Translations under genes and position numbers: made by a program
Notes under the pieces: generated by a model
Database searches by the model: none
Told to the model about the DNA's origin: nothing
The model's input: only the letters and a program-made list of their open reading frames with translations
Assembly: GCF_009834535.1 (NCBI RefSeq)
Contig: NC_045696.1
Location: 114,950,001 to 115,014,000 of the forward strand
Length of the DNA stretch: 64,000 nucleotides
Direction: 5' to 3'
Origin: Camelus ferus
Taxonomy: Eukaryota
Part shown: one piece after another, positions 39,666 to 54,187 of the stretch
Layout: every line of letters starts with the position of its first letter
Numbering within the stretch: the first letter of the stretch is position 1

Positions 39666-40002
39666 AAAAAAAAAAAAAAAAAAGCAAAAACAAACAAAGC
39701 ATAAATACAAAACAGAAACAGACTCATAGACATAGAATACAAACTTGTGGTTGCCAAGGGGGTGGAGGGTGGGAAGGGATAGATGGGATTTCAAAATTGT
39801 AGAATAGATAAACAAGATTATACTGTATAGCACAGGGAAACATACACAAGATCTTATGGTAGCTCACAGAGAGGACATTGTCACAGGAATGTGACAATGA
39901 ATATATGTATGTTCATGTATAACTGAAAAATTGTGCTCTACACTGAAATTTGATACAACATTGTAAAATGATTATAAATCTATAAAAAATGTTAAAAAAG
40001 AA
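36962..40002 (+). mobile_element. 5'-truncated LINE-1 (~3.0 kb): partial ORF2, 3'UTR, A-tail
   Basis: ORF pieces match L1 ORF2p; 17-bp TSD aaaaatatgcttgtttt (36945-36961) / aaagatatgctagtttt (40003-40019). Confidence 0.97.
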
Positions 40003-40034
40003 AAAGATATGCTAGTTTTATAGGGACTACTTTA

Positions 40035-40295
40035 AGCTGTTTATAGTTTTATATAAAAACTATAATATAGTTTTATTTATGTTACATATAAACTATATAA
40101 ATATTTATGTTAAATATAAATTATGTAGGTAGTTTGTAAACTATATATAAGTTTTATATACTTATATATAAATATATAACCATATAAAATATATACATAT
40201 ATAAAACTATATAACTATATTAAACTATATATATATACATAGTTATATATATATATAGTTTATAGTTTATACAGTTTATATTGAATATATATTAA
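40035..40295. repeat. AT-rich low-complexity / degenerate (TA)n tract
   Basis: Repeated tatata, aaactatata and tatagttt units. Confidence 0.85.
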
Positions 40296-42689
40296 GAGAA
40301 TGTTGGGATGATAAGAACTTTGAGAATATGTATAAAACAATGAAAATCAGGATGCACATTTTATTCTTCATCAAAAGGAAAACACTACTTGTTTACTCAT
40401 TAATATCAAACTGTGAGAACACTTATGGGGAAAAATTTCCCTTCAATTTCAAGACAAAAGAACATAATAAAGGACCAACGTCCTTTGTGTTTTTATTTCT
40501 AAACATAAGTGTAATGATAAATACTTTTTTGAAATCCACATAATAGTGAGAAATTCAATACAGTTGAAGAGGCTTCATCATCAATGACGCAAAACATCCT
40601 TTAAGTTTCTTTGATTAGATTTTACAAAGACTTATTAGTGTGGCTAAAATACCTCTAGCACAAACAATTATTAATGCAATGTCAAACAGGTCCTCAGGTG
40701 AACTCAATTACAGTGGGACAATGAGGCAAGTAACTGTAAAAGTCATTGGCATTATTGTTCTCCGAAGGTCAAAGGCAGTGGAGTGGAGAATGGTGAAATT
40801 AGATGACAGAGCTGAATAAGAGGCTGTGATTGAAGATGTTCTGGATCACAGACCTTTATTGTACTTTGGTTTTTTTAAAGCTTACTTTCTTTGGGTCTTT
40901 CATCTGTGAAAAAAATTAGTGTATGCCGTACTATACTTTGATTGAAGTATTTGAACTTTTATGAACACAAATTTTTTCCCCTGCATTTCAAGAAGTATTT
41001 TTCTTTCTTGCAGCATCCCAGCTGGGAGGCTCTCTTCTGTTAGCTGTAATGTTAGTCTCTCTGTTCCAGAGGAGTGCTTTTCTCTCTCCTTATTACACTG
41101 TCACATTACCACCTTTTGTATTCACAAATACTTTACATCCAAGATCCTGGAATGGTTGAAATGCTAATAGAGTTTAACCACTTGGAAGGAGGATGTTTAC
41201 ACGTGGCAATTCACTGCTCACCTTCCTGCAACTATTCCTCATCTTTGATTTCTAATAAGAGTCCAGGAAATTTACAGACTTTGATGTCATTTTTTTTAAC
41301 AGCAAAATGAATGCGTCTCTCAGGTTATTACCTTAGTAATTACCTTTTTCAACCTACAAGATTTTTAAATTCTTGACTTTTAGTGAGGGGAAGGGATTTG
41401 GATCATTTGTTTATTTACCTTGTGCCCAAAACTCTGCTAATAACTGAGCATACATTGCTGTAAAAGGAGATAAAGTGCAGGGCTTCATGAAGATTTCAGT
41501 CTCGTGGAGGAAACAGGCATTTAACAAGCAAACATATAAATGAGTATATAATTACAAATTATGATAAATGCTGAGAAGAAAACCATAGGGGCTTCACGAG
41601 AAAGTAGTAGGAGGGACCACTTTAGATTGATTCCCTCCTAGACAGTTACAGTGAGGGAATTGGTAAAAAAAAAAAAAGAGAGAGAAAAAAGCTTCTCTAT
41701 CCAGACCAAGGTTGACATAGCCAAAAAAAAAAAATCTCAACTAAGTTCCACTTTTACAAAGCTTGAGGATTTTTAGCCTTGTGATGCTAAGTGATGATTG
41801 AAATAAGCCTGTATGTGTGTTATTCAAAAGTCACATTGATTTTCTCTCTTCCAACTCTAGGCCACCACCCTTTCCTTCTCTTCCCAAAAGAGATTCTTTC
41901 CATCTGCTGATGTGAGTCAAAGGATGGTCCTCGAGTGACCCACACTTGAAGCTCTGGAATAATTTTGTTCCTGTCTCTCCACCTTGTCTTCCCTTTCTGG
42001 CCTCCTAACCCAAGTTTCCTGTGTAACTGGTCCCCCTGGCCAGGCTATGACCTACTCCAGTTCATTCTGCCCCTTTCAACAGACTGGTCCAAAGGCATAG
42101 CTTCCAGCTGTCATATCTCTCTCCTAGAATCTTCGTGGCCCCCTAGGCTTTTACATTCAGACTGAACACCTCAAACTCAACATTCAGGGTCCTTTCAGAC
42201 CTGATTCAACTCAAATAAACCAAATTCTGTTGACACTGTGTTGTGACAATTTCCAAGACATCACATGGTGTGGGTTCCTAGGACACTTATAGGTCAAGAG
42301 CCAGCAAGAGAAGGTTCTCCTGTGGAGTGTGCCCAGCTGAGAACAAGGTGGCAAATTAGAGCTGAGACTCAGGCCCAATGTCTGTTCCACCTTTTGTATT
42401 CGTACATATTTTACATCTAAGAACCTATAACAGGTGAAAAGTTAATAGAGTTTAACCTCTTGGAAGGGGAATGTTTAACTTTGCTCTGCTGGGACTGATC
42501 TCTTAGGAAATCTGAGTCTTCCCTGATAGTCTTCATTCTGTGCTTAGAAAGGCCACTACCTAAAGGCCACACACAAGCAATTTGGAGTCTGTCCGAGAAA
42601 GTAGACCGGCGAGAAGTTGTATTTGGTCAGCAAACCTCTCAAGTGCACAGTTCTGAAAGGAACTCTAAGGGGACAAGGCTGAAAGTACC

Positions 42690-42900
42690 AGCCACGTCGT
42701 GTGACAGGACTACCTAGGTTCAAACCCACTTCCTAGCTTTGTGACCTCAGTGAACCACTTCACCTCGTGTCCAGGTCCTGGTTTCTTCATCATATGGGGT
42801 TAATACCTAATCCTGTGGTTATTTGGGGAATAAATGAGTTAATAAAATACTTAGAACAACGTGTGTTACTTAGTCAGTGCTGTGTAAGTGTTTGCTATAT
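42690..42900 (+). mobile_element. MIR SINE
   Basis: 'ctacctaggttcaaaccc...ctagctttgtgacctcagtg...gtttcttcatc...atacttagaacaac'. Confidence 0.75.
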
Positions 42901-45900
42901 AAAATAGATGAATCTGTGTTCTAGTAAAACAGCGTTCTCATGCAGATCATTTTAAGATGCGTATAGTGCTAAAAATCGACTTGTTAATCCATTAACACCA
43001 ATGGTGTACACTTGCCATGATCAGAGGACAGATACTCCTCCACTGCCTTCTACTTCGGAACAATTTATTACTAGATAATTGCACATTTAACTACATAAAT
43101 CATCTATAAGGAGGACTTATTAGACAAATGGGGCAAATTAATTGCAGTGTAGATTTAAGGAGCATCCTTAACAGTGACAATACAACTAAGAATGCAAATG
43201 TGCCAAACACTATGGGACGGTGAAGTAAAACCAGGTTTTACTCAATTTCCTTCTCACATCATTTAAGCCGTAGCTAATATTTGTGTAATCAGTCCTCTGT
43301 GTTTATGTGGAGATGAGAATGATTTGGTAAATAAAAAATTGGAAGAACAATGTGTACACACCAAATTAATTATATTTAACAGATTTGTTTACTCATTTGC
43401 TGGCAAAACAAGTTCATCTGTTAGTACAGTCAAGCTGCCTGCCAAATCTGCCTTCCTCCGGGCTGAAATTGTTTAATTATCTCTTAACTGGAGCAATTTG
43501 GTCCCCAGATCTGAACTCTTCTATTATATCACTAGGATTTCCTCATGCCGTGTTATCATTCTGGAGCCAATTTTTGATCATGGATATATTTTAATGTCTT
43601 TATGATGGAGTCAGTAAATAGTTTAGGTCTTCAGAGTTTAAGCTACATCTAATCTCTGCATATGTGATTGCATGAAAGGCTTATCTGGTAAAAAAAAAAA
43701 AAAAAAAAACTTTTCCAGATCTTTACATGCTGCTGAATACTTAAGAAGGTGATTTATTACAAACCTCAGAGTAAATAATTGATGATGGATGCTAGTCATT
43801 TAAAAAGCAGCAAAATAGATTTTTTTGGAACTCAGATAATCTAATAACAATTATTTCTAACCAACTTCTTATTGGGAGGGTATAGATAATTTAGAGCATA
43901 TTTCAACCAAGTACAGCCCTTCATGTTCCAGGTTGGTAGATTTTTCCTCACTTTAAAGATATCCCTATTTAAAAAGAGAAATATAATACAATAGTTGTCT
44001 TCTGATGATTTTCAAAATAAGACCCAACAAAACTAGTAACATCTGCCTCTTAGAGCTAAGGAAAAAAAGTATAGGATATGTTGAATATTGGTTCTTCTTT
44101 GTCTGAAAAAAACGTACTCAGGTTTCTTTAATACTGAAAAATAATTTCCTGTCTACTTTTTCATTTCCAGCCCTTTTTCTGCCAAAACTAGTTTTATTAT
44201 TACCAATGAGTTACTATGTATAATAATAATAAATAATTAATTTACAACCAACAATGCACTAGTCAACTCTGCAGAGTGCCTTATATATATTATTTCATTC
44301 AAAATTCCTATCAATCTTGTAATCTAAGTGGAATTAAAATTAATTCCGTTTTGGACTTGAGGAAGCAGTGGTTAAGAGAACTTCCGTGCTAATATTTAAG
44401 AGACCAGGAGATATGAAAGTCGTTCACATTTTACTTTTTCAGGCTTCTTTGAACTGACTTGGAAATATTTTGACTTTCTCAATCAGATTTAATTTATTTG
44501 AAGATTCACTGGCAGAGGGGCACCTGTTTATCAGACCTGTTTGTTAGTATTTGCCACATAATACAGAACTTGATAAAGGTTCTCTGGCTTCTCTCAAAAA
44601 AAAAAAGAGTAAATATTATGTTTTTGTTTTCCCTGTCTAGGTTAAACACCAGTAGGTTAGCCCCAAGGGATACAAAAATGATACATACAGATCTAATGGT
44701 TTTGGTCCTGAGATACTAAGGAAATTATAGCTAAGATGCATTGGCCTTTCAGTAAGTGGGTAAAAATTCTCTATATTCATATCTCCTTTAGTTACTACAT
44801 TAATCTTATTATATATTTATAAACCAGCTCACAGGAGTTGCACTATGAATTAAAGTGCGTGTGTGAAATACCACAATCTAGACAAAATCAGAGAAATTTC
44901 TCTGAAGGCCCCAGAAACAAAAGAAGCTTTCTCAATCCTTTCGGTCAGAGATCTGGAGAAGCCTAAGGTGTGGAGGGAGAGGAGGAAGAGCAACATAAAA
45001 ACATTTAAATATCTTAGTCCCCAAGTCAAGGCAGGTGTCACAACCAGAGAACCAAAGACTGTCAGCAGCACCTGGGGGGCGTGACACCAGGGTATTGGAC
45101 CAGAGACGTGGCGTTCAGCAAGTTTCCTTTTATCTGCGTTGGATTCAGAGTGTTGTATCCTGAGGGGAAGCTTGCCCAGCCTGGTTTGGAAAAAGCCCTG
45201 TGTCTTCTCCAATCCTGTGACCTCCTGTCCCTAAAGCCAATTTCAGTAAATACTTTACATTTGGTCCAGGAAACAATCCTTGTGTTGTTCTTATTGTCAG
45301 CGTTAATAGAAAAGAAAAATCCTAACCACGGCCGTGACAAGGAACAAGTATGGCTGTAAAATTGTTTTCTGTGTTGTTATTATTCTGTGGCATCTTTCTA
45401 GTGCAGATACGACTGGATTGTAGGTGATTTTGAGACTTTGCTCACCTAGTCTTTTTGAGAAACCAGAAAGTCAAGAGATAAAGTGGAGTGGTTTTCTATC
45501 GCAGCTGGGTTTTTTTTTTTCAAGCTACTTAAGTTTCTCAAGAAAAGAGTAATCCTGACTTCAGCTCAATTGACTGTGAAAGCTCGTGGCTCCCCACCTA
45601 ATCAGCCTCACGGAATGACTGCACTCCAGATACTTGTCAAGGATTATAACGTCAACCCACCGCTATTTAACACTTAATCAAAAGCTGGGTGGAGAGATAT
45701 ACCTATTGCGGCTAGTCTGAAGGGGATGCTGCCCACAGCTGCAATGTGAAAAAAAGTCTGTCCCCATATTAAGCCACAGTCAGAAGGCTGCATTGTGGAC
45801 AGGAAAACCTGCTTTTGCTAATTTCATTTCACGTTGCTCTCATAGGCCTCGAGTTAGGGACATTCACCAAGTCAGCTCACTATGGTGTTTACTGTAGGGA

Positions 45901-45971
45901 CGTCACTCAGGCAGTCATTTCCTGTATCATAAAGGGTTTTTTTCTCTTTTGCTCTGATCAACTCACACTCA

Positions 45972-47118
45972 AGTTTTTAACAGCTTTATTAAGGCATAAT
46001 TTGCATACCGTAAAATTCACCCATTTAAGTCTACAATCCCGTGACTTTTAGTACATTTACAGAATTCTGCAAACATCAGCACAGTACAGTTTGAACATTT
46101 CTTTCATCCCCAAAATACCCCTCTTGTCTGTTGCTGTCAATTCCCGCTCGCCCTCCCAGCCCAAGGGAACAACCAATATGTTCTCTCTTTCTCCACAGAT
46201 TTTCATATAAATGAAATCATACAATGTGTGTGCCTTTCCATCTGGGCATCTTTCAGTAGCATAGTGATTTGGAGGTTCATCCAATTTGTAGTATGTTTCT
46301 ATTTATTGCTGAATCATGTATGGATAGAATCAAAAATATTTTGTTTATCCACTCACCAGGTGATGGAAATTTTGGATTGTTTCAACTTTGGGTTATTATA
46401 AACAACACTGTAATGTGCATTTGCATACTCATCTTTGTACAGGCATGTGCTTTTCATTTCTCTTAGCTAGATACCCAGCAATGCAATGGCTGAGTCATCT
46501 GACAAGTTTAATTTTTAAGCTGCCAAATAGTTTTCTAACATGACTGTGTCATTTTCCATCCCCACCAGCTCTGCGTGAAGGTTCTAGATTCTCTGCATGC
46601 TCTCCAACACTTACTGCTGTCTGTCTTGATCATGGCTGTTCTGTCAGATGAAAAATCATCTCACTGGAGTTTTAACTTGCATTTCCCTAATTGCTAATGA
46701 TGTTAAGCATCCTTCCTCTGGTTATCACTTAGCCGCATGTATATTTCCTTTTGATATTCAGATCCTTTGCCCACATTTAAAATTGGGTTGTCTTTTTATA
46801 ATTGAGTTGTAAAAGTTCTTTATATAGTCTGCATACAAGTCCTTTCCCAAGTACACTTTGTGTATATTTTCTCACCTTGTGTGGCTTAGCTTTTCTTTGT
46901 CTTCATGTGGTCATTTAAAGCACAAATGTTTTATAGTTTGATGAAGTCAAAATTGTAAAATTTTTAAAGGATTGTGCTTTTCATGTCATATCTAAGAAAT
47001 CTTTGCCTCGCCAAAAATCCTGAAGATTTTCTTCTATGCTTTGTCCTACATGTTTTATAGTTTACCTCTTACATTTAGGCCTGTGGTAAATTTGGGAGTT
47101 GTGTGTGTGTGTGTGTGT

Positions 47119-47159
<41 letters not shown>

Positions 47160-47350
47160 AGAGAGATGTGAAGTAAGGATTGAAATCTATGGTCTGCATA
47201 TGAATATTCAATTTTCCCAGCACAAGTTTTGGAAAGGTTATCTTCTGTCACACTGAACTGCCTTGGCATCACTGCCAGAAATCAATTGGTTATAAATACA
47301 AGGATTAATTTCTGGCCTCAGTTTTGTCCTCTGCCTGTCTTTTTGCCAGC
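45972..47350 (-). mobile_element. L1MB-like element (3'UTR and ORF2 end)
   Basis: 'acagctttattaaggcataatttgcataccgtaaaattcacccattt', 'ttccatccccaccagc', 'ttgcatttccctaattgctaatgatgttaagcat'. Confidence 0.85.
47100..47157. repeat. (TG)n microsatellite
   Basis: ~58-bp TG run with one AG interruption. Confidence 0.97.
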
Positions 47351-48087
47351 ATCATGCCGTACTAACAGGGCTAGTCTCAAGTCTTCCTGCAACATTTATT
47401 AAGACTTTAATATTCATGTTCACTGTGTAATCTCCGAGAGGAAAGATGGGTGTGGAAAGATACAGTTCCCAAAATTCTTTGACCAAGCCCCCCCCCTTAC
47501 CTACCACTTTATTTTTTTTCCTTGAGAACCTTTTTTTTAATGAGATATAATTTACATACAAGGAATTAAGTGGGTCTTAAATGTACAGTTCCATAAGTAT
47601 TGGCAAATGCCTATAGTCACATAGCCTACAGTGGAAGCAAGACATGGAATATTCATCCAAGAAAGGCAGGCAGATTCTCAGCATCATGTTACTGGCCACA
47701 TTGGGAGCCCAGTGTCTCTAGAGTCAGGTAATACTCTGGTCCAAATCTGGTTCAGTAGGGTCTCTCATAATCTTCAGGAGAATAACAGTTCCTCTCAACA
47801 ATAGCTGTATGAGGTAAGGGGGAGGTCGATTTGTTAGAAAACCAGGATTTTATAGGAAGAAGGAACCTGAGGACTTGGAGCTGATTCCATGTCATTTGGG
47901 GGAAGAAGAAATGAGGGCTCCCGAGAGCATCTTCAGTGAGTCCCACTTCTGTGTTCTTATATGGTTTAGTTGAGAATTTTTGGTGTTAACTACGAAAAGA
48001 ATGACATGGCATCAAAAGCTTAAGGCACCTGGAATCAGAGTGCCCTTAATCTTGGGACTTAATGATAAAAATGCCATCAGATTGACC

Positions 48088-48221
48088 TTTTTTGGGGGGG
48101 GGGTAATTTGGGTAATTCATTTTTTTTTTAATTTATGTACTTAATGGAGATACTGGGGATTGAACCCAAGACCTCGTGCATACTAAGCATACACTTTATC
48201 AATTGAGCTATACCCTCCCCC
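48088..48221 (-). mobile_element. tRNA-derived SINE (Vic-1 type, with C-rich tail)
   Basis: Minus strand GGGGGAGGGTATAGCTCAA...GGTTCAATCCCCAG; TSD tcagattgac (48077-48086, 48222-48231). Confidence 0.92.
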
Positions 48222-48519
48222 TCAGATTGACTTTCAATAATAGTCCTTTCTCTTCAGCCAAAATCCAGATTAAAGACCTACTATCAGAGCCCAACTGATT
48301 TCTTTTACTCCTTTACCAGGGACATATCTATAGAAGAGTGGAGAGATTTTATATTTGTGTGTTGTGTTATGTAGGGTTCTAATAATGCTTTCCGAGGTGA
48401 ATTATTGAATAGCTTTTTTAAGCACTAGTGAACATGAGTATATTTCTGGGCTCCCCATTCTGTGCTACAGCCATTAATCTGTTTTATCCTCATAACTAAT
48501 GCTACATACTCTAAATTCC

Positions 48520-49170
48520 TATGAATTTATAATAACACTTTCATCCGATACAGCAAGTCTCTTCATTCAGTTCATCTTAAAAACTGTCTTAGTTATTCTT
48601 TGCCCTTTTGTCTTCCATACAAATTTTACTGTCATCTTCTCAAACACCTCACAAGACTGTTTGAGAATTTAGATTAAATTTGAAGTGAATTTATATTTCA
48701 GTTGTAAGGGAATGAACACTTTATGATGTAGATTGCCCTTACTTATATATGTCTTCTATGATGTCTTTTAATACTCTTTTCCCTGTAAAGATCCTGCATA
48801 GTTTTTGTTATGGCTCCATTGAAAGGCACCTTATATTTAAGTTGCTACTGCAATGCTATCTTTCTTTTCTCATTGTATTTTCAACTCTCCACTGTCATCG
48901 TTTAAGAACAGAATTGACTTTTATGTTGATCATGAATCTAGCTGCAGTGCCGATTACTATTATTTTTGATAATTTATAGATTCTTAGGGTTTTCTAGAGT
49001 GCATTGGCAAGCTGTGACATTTGTGTTGCTTTCTTTTGCAAACCTTTGTGCCTTTGAAGCTGTTGTTCTCACAGCTGTTATTACACCAATGGGGATGCTC
49101 ATGTTGACCGCAAATGGTGGCAGTGGGAATGCTTGTTTCACTGCTGATTTACAGGAATGTCCCCATTAAG
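48520..49170 (-). mobile_element. Ancient L1M ORF2 remnant
   Basis: 'ttagttattctttgccc..tcttccatacaaatttt', 'atagattcttagggttttctag', 'gggaatgcttgtttcactgctgattt'. Confidence 0.6.
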
Positions 49171-50039
49171 TACGATGACTGTCTCAATGTTATTTTCATT
49201 GATTATAGCAATGTGGAGCCCATAGCTGAGATTTCATAAATATTTGGAAAGGAATAAATGTGAAATTGGTTATATTTCTCAGGAAGTACCATATATCATT
49301 TTTAATGATTCTATGGAGTTTGTTTATTGATTTTTAGCATTTTAAGATAAGATAACCAAAATTATTTCCTCCCAGATTTTATGCTTACCTAAAATCCTCC
49401 TCCTGCCCTTTGTATTTTCTTTGTGTTCCTATTTATCAGCATTTACTCCCACCATCCATAAGCAGATGTCAATAATGTCCAAGACTGATTGCCACCATCC
49501 GATATGCCTTTCCTAGAATAGTTGTGCATGCAAGCACAAAAGTGAGACTTGAAAAGAAATCCTAAATATTAACCCAGATTTTTATACATAAGTTCTCAAA
49601 CTCATCTTTGACCATTTTTCACTCTATGCAAATGAAAATTGTAAAAGGAATTGTGAAAGAAATAAAAATTGTTGGGTCTTAAGTTTTTATTTCGGAATTA
49701 AATATTTGAATTTTATTTTGAATGAACATACACTGAAAACAAATTGGACCACTGAGCAATTAACTTTGAGTCCATAGTAATATATATAAACTGTATTTTC
49801 TAATTTTAAAATTTATACTCAGTCTAGAAAATTCGGAAAAAAATAAAAATGACAACCACTCTAATATGGTACCATCTGTAACACTGAGAATAAGTTACTG
49901 TTGACTTATTTGTGCTTTTTCTCCTAGTCTCTTCTTTATGTTTCAGCTTATTAAGCAGGTACATTTTGGTCTACTATTATGTATGTTTCTAAATCGATAC
50001 AATATTTTTAATTGCTGTGCAATACGTCACTATACAGAC

Positions 50040-50385
50040 TAGAGGTTGACAAACTATGGGTCTGCAGTCCAAATCCAGCCCACAGCCTGTTTTTTGTACA
50101 GCCCATCAGCCAAAAATGGGCTTTATACTTTGAAATATGGGAAAATATCAAAATAATAGGACTAACATAGTATTTTATGACACATGAAAATTTATCAAAT
50201 TCACAGTTGAGTTTTTGTAAATAAAGTTTTATTGGAGCACAGTCATGCTCATTTGTCTGAGCACCACCTGTGACCCCTTTCTCACCACCAGCGCAGGGTT
50301 GGGAAGGTGTGACAGAAACGGTTTGACTCCCAAAGACTGAAATATATCATCTCTCAGCCTTTACAGAAAATTTTGCCAAACCCTG
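50040..50385 (+). mobile_element. MER58B-like non-autonomous hAT (Charlie) DNA transposon
   Basis: 346 bp; terminal inverted repeats tagaggttgacaaa / tttgccaaaccctg; 8-bp TSD atacagac (50032-50039) / atacagtc (50386-50393). Confidence 0.9.
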
Positions 50386-52557
50386 ATACAGTCATTTATA
50401 TAACCATCGCCATCTTGTTCAGCAGCGACTTGGTTCCTATTTTTAATTATTCACAGGTGTACCCTGCCATGTACTTTCACCTCTTCAGGCTTCTGTTCTG
50501 GCTGGACCCTCTGCTGAAAAGTCCTCTCTTCCCTTCTTTACTTCAAGTTGAACGCTCCCTTATCCCTAAAGCCCCAGCTCAGTTATTCCCTCCCCTGCAA
50601 AGCCTTCACCATATCAAGAAACAGTGTAATCCCCTCCAGGTTCGATATTTCACACGGCTGTATATTTCATTCTCTCAAAAATGGTGGCAATGCCAGTCAT
50701 GGTAATAATTCACACCTAGTGAGTGTTCGGCTGTGTGCCCGAGTTTGTGCTAAACCCTTTGCATAAGTATGTTGTTTAACCCTTTTCAACAAGTCCATAG
50801 GTTATGTAAGGTTGTAATTATCATTTTAGATATTTGACCACTGACTTAGGCAAATGAATTTGCCCCGCATTATACACTAGGTGAATAGAGACAGAGCACC
50901 TCCATGGCACATTCCAGCCCCCAGGGTTGCACCTTTCAAAGTGCTTTATCATTGTAATTGCCTAAGTCTGCAGCTAGAATGCCCACCTCCTTGGTGCCGG
51001 GCAACATGAGATTATTCTATCTTTGAACTCCTAGTGTCAAGCTTGGTTCCTGATCATGGTTGACCATCATGCAGTACTTGTTGAAAAATGAAGGAATGAA
51101 AACTAAATGCTGTCATTATTCTTCAACATTCTCTAAATCCCTCAGCAATTTTACAACAAAACTATCAAAGACAAGATATGAGAGACAACCATTCAAACAA
51201 ACGTTATTACAGAAGACCATGTTCCTGATAGCATTTAATACGTTATAAAACCATCTGATAGCTAGTGAAGAGATTTTAAATTAAGGCTGTCTTTATCTGA
51301 TAGGAGTAGGAAGGATTTGAATATTTCCTCTTAGCTGTTGGCATCTAGGGAAAGCATTTGAAATAACCTTGGAGCTCATAAATAACAAAGGCTGAGCCTG
51401 AAGATAAAGACATTGATTAATATCACAAGATCTCCCTGTCAAAAGTCATGGCAAGCTGGCAATTTAAGTTAAATGATGAAAAATTAAAGGAAGATCAAAT
51501 GACTTACACATCACACACTTCAGCCAATAAAGAGAAAAATTAAATACATTGTCGAATTAGAAAATGATTTTGGAATAAAGAGGGAGAGAGGGAAGATGTC
51601 AAAAGAAATGAGTAGGATTTCTTAACCACAAACCACCTAATCCCATAAGTTATTATTTTGCTTTTCATGACAGACACACTAATCACTAAAACTATTGACA
51701 TTAGTGTCAAAATGACAATTATGAATGTTTCACATACATTCCCTGACTTGAATAAAAATGCTTATCATTCAGGCAAATCACCTCCAATTTTCTGAAACAT
51801 CAAGAAAGGAAATTTTAGAATTAAACTCCACTGGAAAAGTCACTGATTCTGATTGTTGCATTCCTGAATAAAAGAACCAAACCTAATAACAATCACCATA
51901 ATCATTTCTTCCAATACCCAAATATCACACACAAAAAGGACTGGGTAGATAAATTGTTGTAGGTCTTTACAATAGTTAGTATGAAACAATCAAAATTGCT
52001 TTTGCAGAGAATGTTTAATTACTTGAAAAGACTAACAGTAGAGTGTTAAAATTATAAAGCATATACACGCTATCCTAGAAAAATGTGTTCCTACAGATAA
52101 ATGAGTATATACAAGCATATTCTCGGTGGTTAAAATTGTTCCTTTTGGGTATAGGCATATATGATCATTTTTGTTCTTCTTTGTGATTATTCTATTTCCT
52201 AAAACCTATATAGTAGGTATTATCGGTGTAAATACAATATTTTAAATATAAATGCGCAATGACAAATATGCATGGAAAGGAGCCATGTGCAGAATCGGAA
52301 TCCCACCGAAAATCAAATAAATAATATGAAGATCAGCTTAAGGAGCTAACAAAAAATCAAATAAGAAATCAGGTTCAAATACTACAGAAATGTATACACA
52401 AGATTCATTACTTAAGTTGATAATATCTAGCCAGGATACCTTTATTACTTTCCAAATACTTTAATTTTCTTTGTTCTTTTATGATAGAGTTTGTTTCATT
52501 GCCTTCAAGTAGCAGAATATTACCTACAGAGTTTTTACCTTTTGATTTATATTAAAC

Positions 52558-52869
52558 TTTTTTTTTGATTTACAATGTTATATTAGTTTCTTGTGTACAG
52601 CATAGTGATTCAGTTATACGTACATAATATTCTTTTTCATATTCTTTTTCATTACATGTTGCTGTAAGCCATTGCATATACTTCCCTGTGCTATACCAGA
52701 GGACCATGCTGTTTATCTATATTACATATAGTCGTATGTATGTGTTAATCCCAAACTCCCAATTTTTCCCTCCCTCCCCCCTTTCTCCCTTGGTAACCAT
52801 AAATTTGTTTTCAATCTCTATAAGTCTCTTTCTGTTTTCTAAATAAGTTCACTTGTGTCATTTTTCTTA
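52558..52869 (-). mobile_element. LINE-1 3' end
   Basis: 'gatttacaatgttatattagtttc..gtgtacagcatagtgattcag...ccttggtaaccataa'. Confidence 0.9.
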
Positions 52870-53154
52870 ATATTTACATTAACCTAAATTTTTAGATTGA
52901 TATCAAACTGAATTTGTTATCTATATTAAACCTTGATGTAGCCCTGCATACCTTCAATGTTTGTGGAAATTTAGAGAGAATCACTTCTGATATTAAAGAA
53001 AGAGGTTAGAAAAACAAAATCTAATGTATACCTGGCTGTCATTGGTTATCCCTTTTGGTTTTAAGCTAGAATTTTGTGGAACCAGTTTTGCTTTTAAGCC
53101 ACCGATATAATAAGAGCAATGAATGGCCATGGTGGTCTCAGCAGGAAAATCTCT

Positions 53155-53291
53155 TTTTTGGGGGTTTATTTCTTCATTTATTTATTAACTACTTATTTAT
53201 TTTATTACTTAATGGAGGTACTGGGGGTTGAACCCAGGACCTTGCGCGTGCTAAGCACGCATTCTACCACTGAGCTAAACCCTCCCTTCCC
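53155..53291 (-). mobile_element. tRNA-derived SINE (Vic-1 type)
   Basis: Minus strand ...TTAGCTCAGTGGTAGAATGCGTGCTTAGCACGCGCAAGGTCCTGGGTTCAACCCC; flanked by caggaaa repeats (53142, 53292). Confidence 0.92.
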
Positions 53292-53789
53292 CAGGAAACC
53301 ATCATTTTCAAGTCATCTCTTGTTGTATATGTTGGAGGCTCATACACTAGGGACAGAATTTTTCCAATAGCCCTCCCTTTGCCCCGAGTTCCATAAAAGG
53401 TAGGAAGTATGAACAGCATCTTTGCTTTCTGCTGACCAGCCTACCCTGGCTTTTCTGCCGTCTTTGAGCTCCCTCCAGCCGGCCCCCCTGGTGTCCGCGT
53501 ATAGGGATATGTACCACTTTTGTTGTTCGTCTTGGTGTTTTTTCGTTTTATTGTGGGACAGAGGGGAGTAGTTTCCAGTCTCTTGAATGAACCAGTTGTT
53601 TTCCTGTAACCACTAATACAAATCACCAATACAGACAGTATGTAGAGGGAAACCTATTAATTCATTTTCCCTGATAACAGAAAAAAATAATAGTTAAAAC
53701 AAGATTAAAGGAATGAAAATGAGAAAGAAACACCTATGTGGACGAAGAGCATGACAGCATTTCTCAAGATACGCAAAGCTGTCCCATGG

Positions 53790-54187
53790 GGTTTTTGGGT
53801 TTTTTTTTTTTTTTTGGTTTCGGTTTTCTTTAGTTTTTTTTTTTTATTGCAGTCTAGTCAGTTTACAATATTGTGTCAATTTCTGGTGCACAGTGTAATG
53901 TTTCAGTCATACATGAACATACATATATTAGTTTTCATATTTTTTTCACCAGTAAGTTACTACAAGTTACTGAATATAGTTCCCTGTGGTATACAGTATT
54001 AAACTTGTTGTTTATCTATTTTATATATAGCAATTAGTGTCTGCAAATCTCAAACTCCTAATTTATCCCTTCCCACTCCCTCTCCCCTAGTAACCATAAG
54101 TTTGTTTTTTGTCTGTATGTCTGTTTCTATCTTGTAAATAAGTTCATTTGTGTCTTTTTTTAGATTCCACGTATGTGATATCGTGTT
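53790..54187 (-). mobile_element. LINE-1 3' end
   Basis: Long T-rich tail then L1 3'UTR to 'ttttagattccacgtatgtgatatc'. Confidence 0.92.

Noticed and set aside
45064..45083. CTCF-like site CAGCACCTGGGGGGCGTG
   Set aside because: Several mismatches at informative core positions
15320..53291. The three A/B-box elements as genuine tRNA genes
   Set aside because: They have A-rich tails and TSDs and are mutually diverged, i.e. SINE copies
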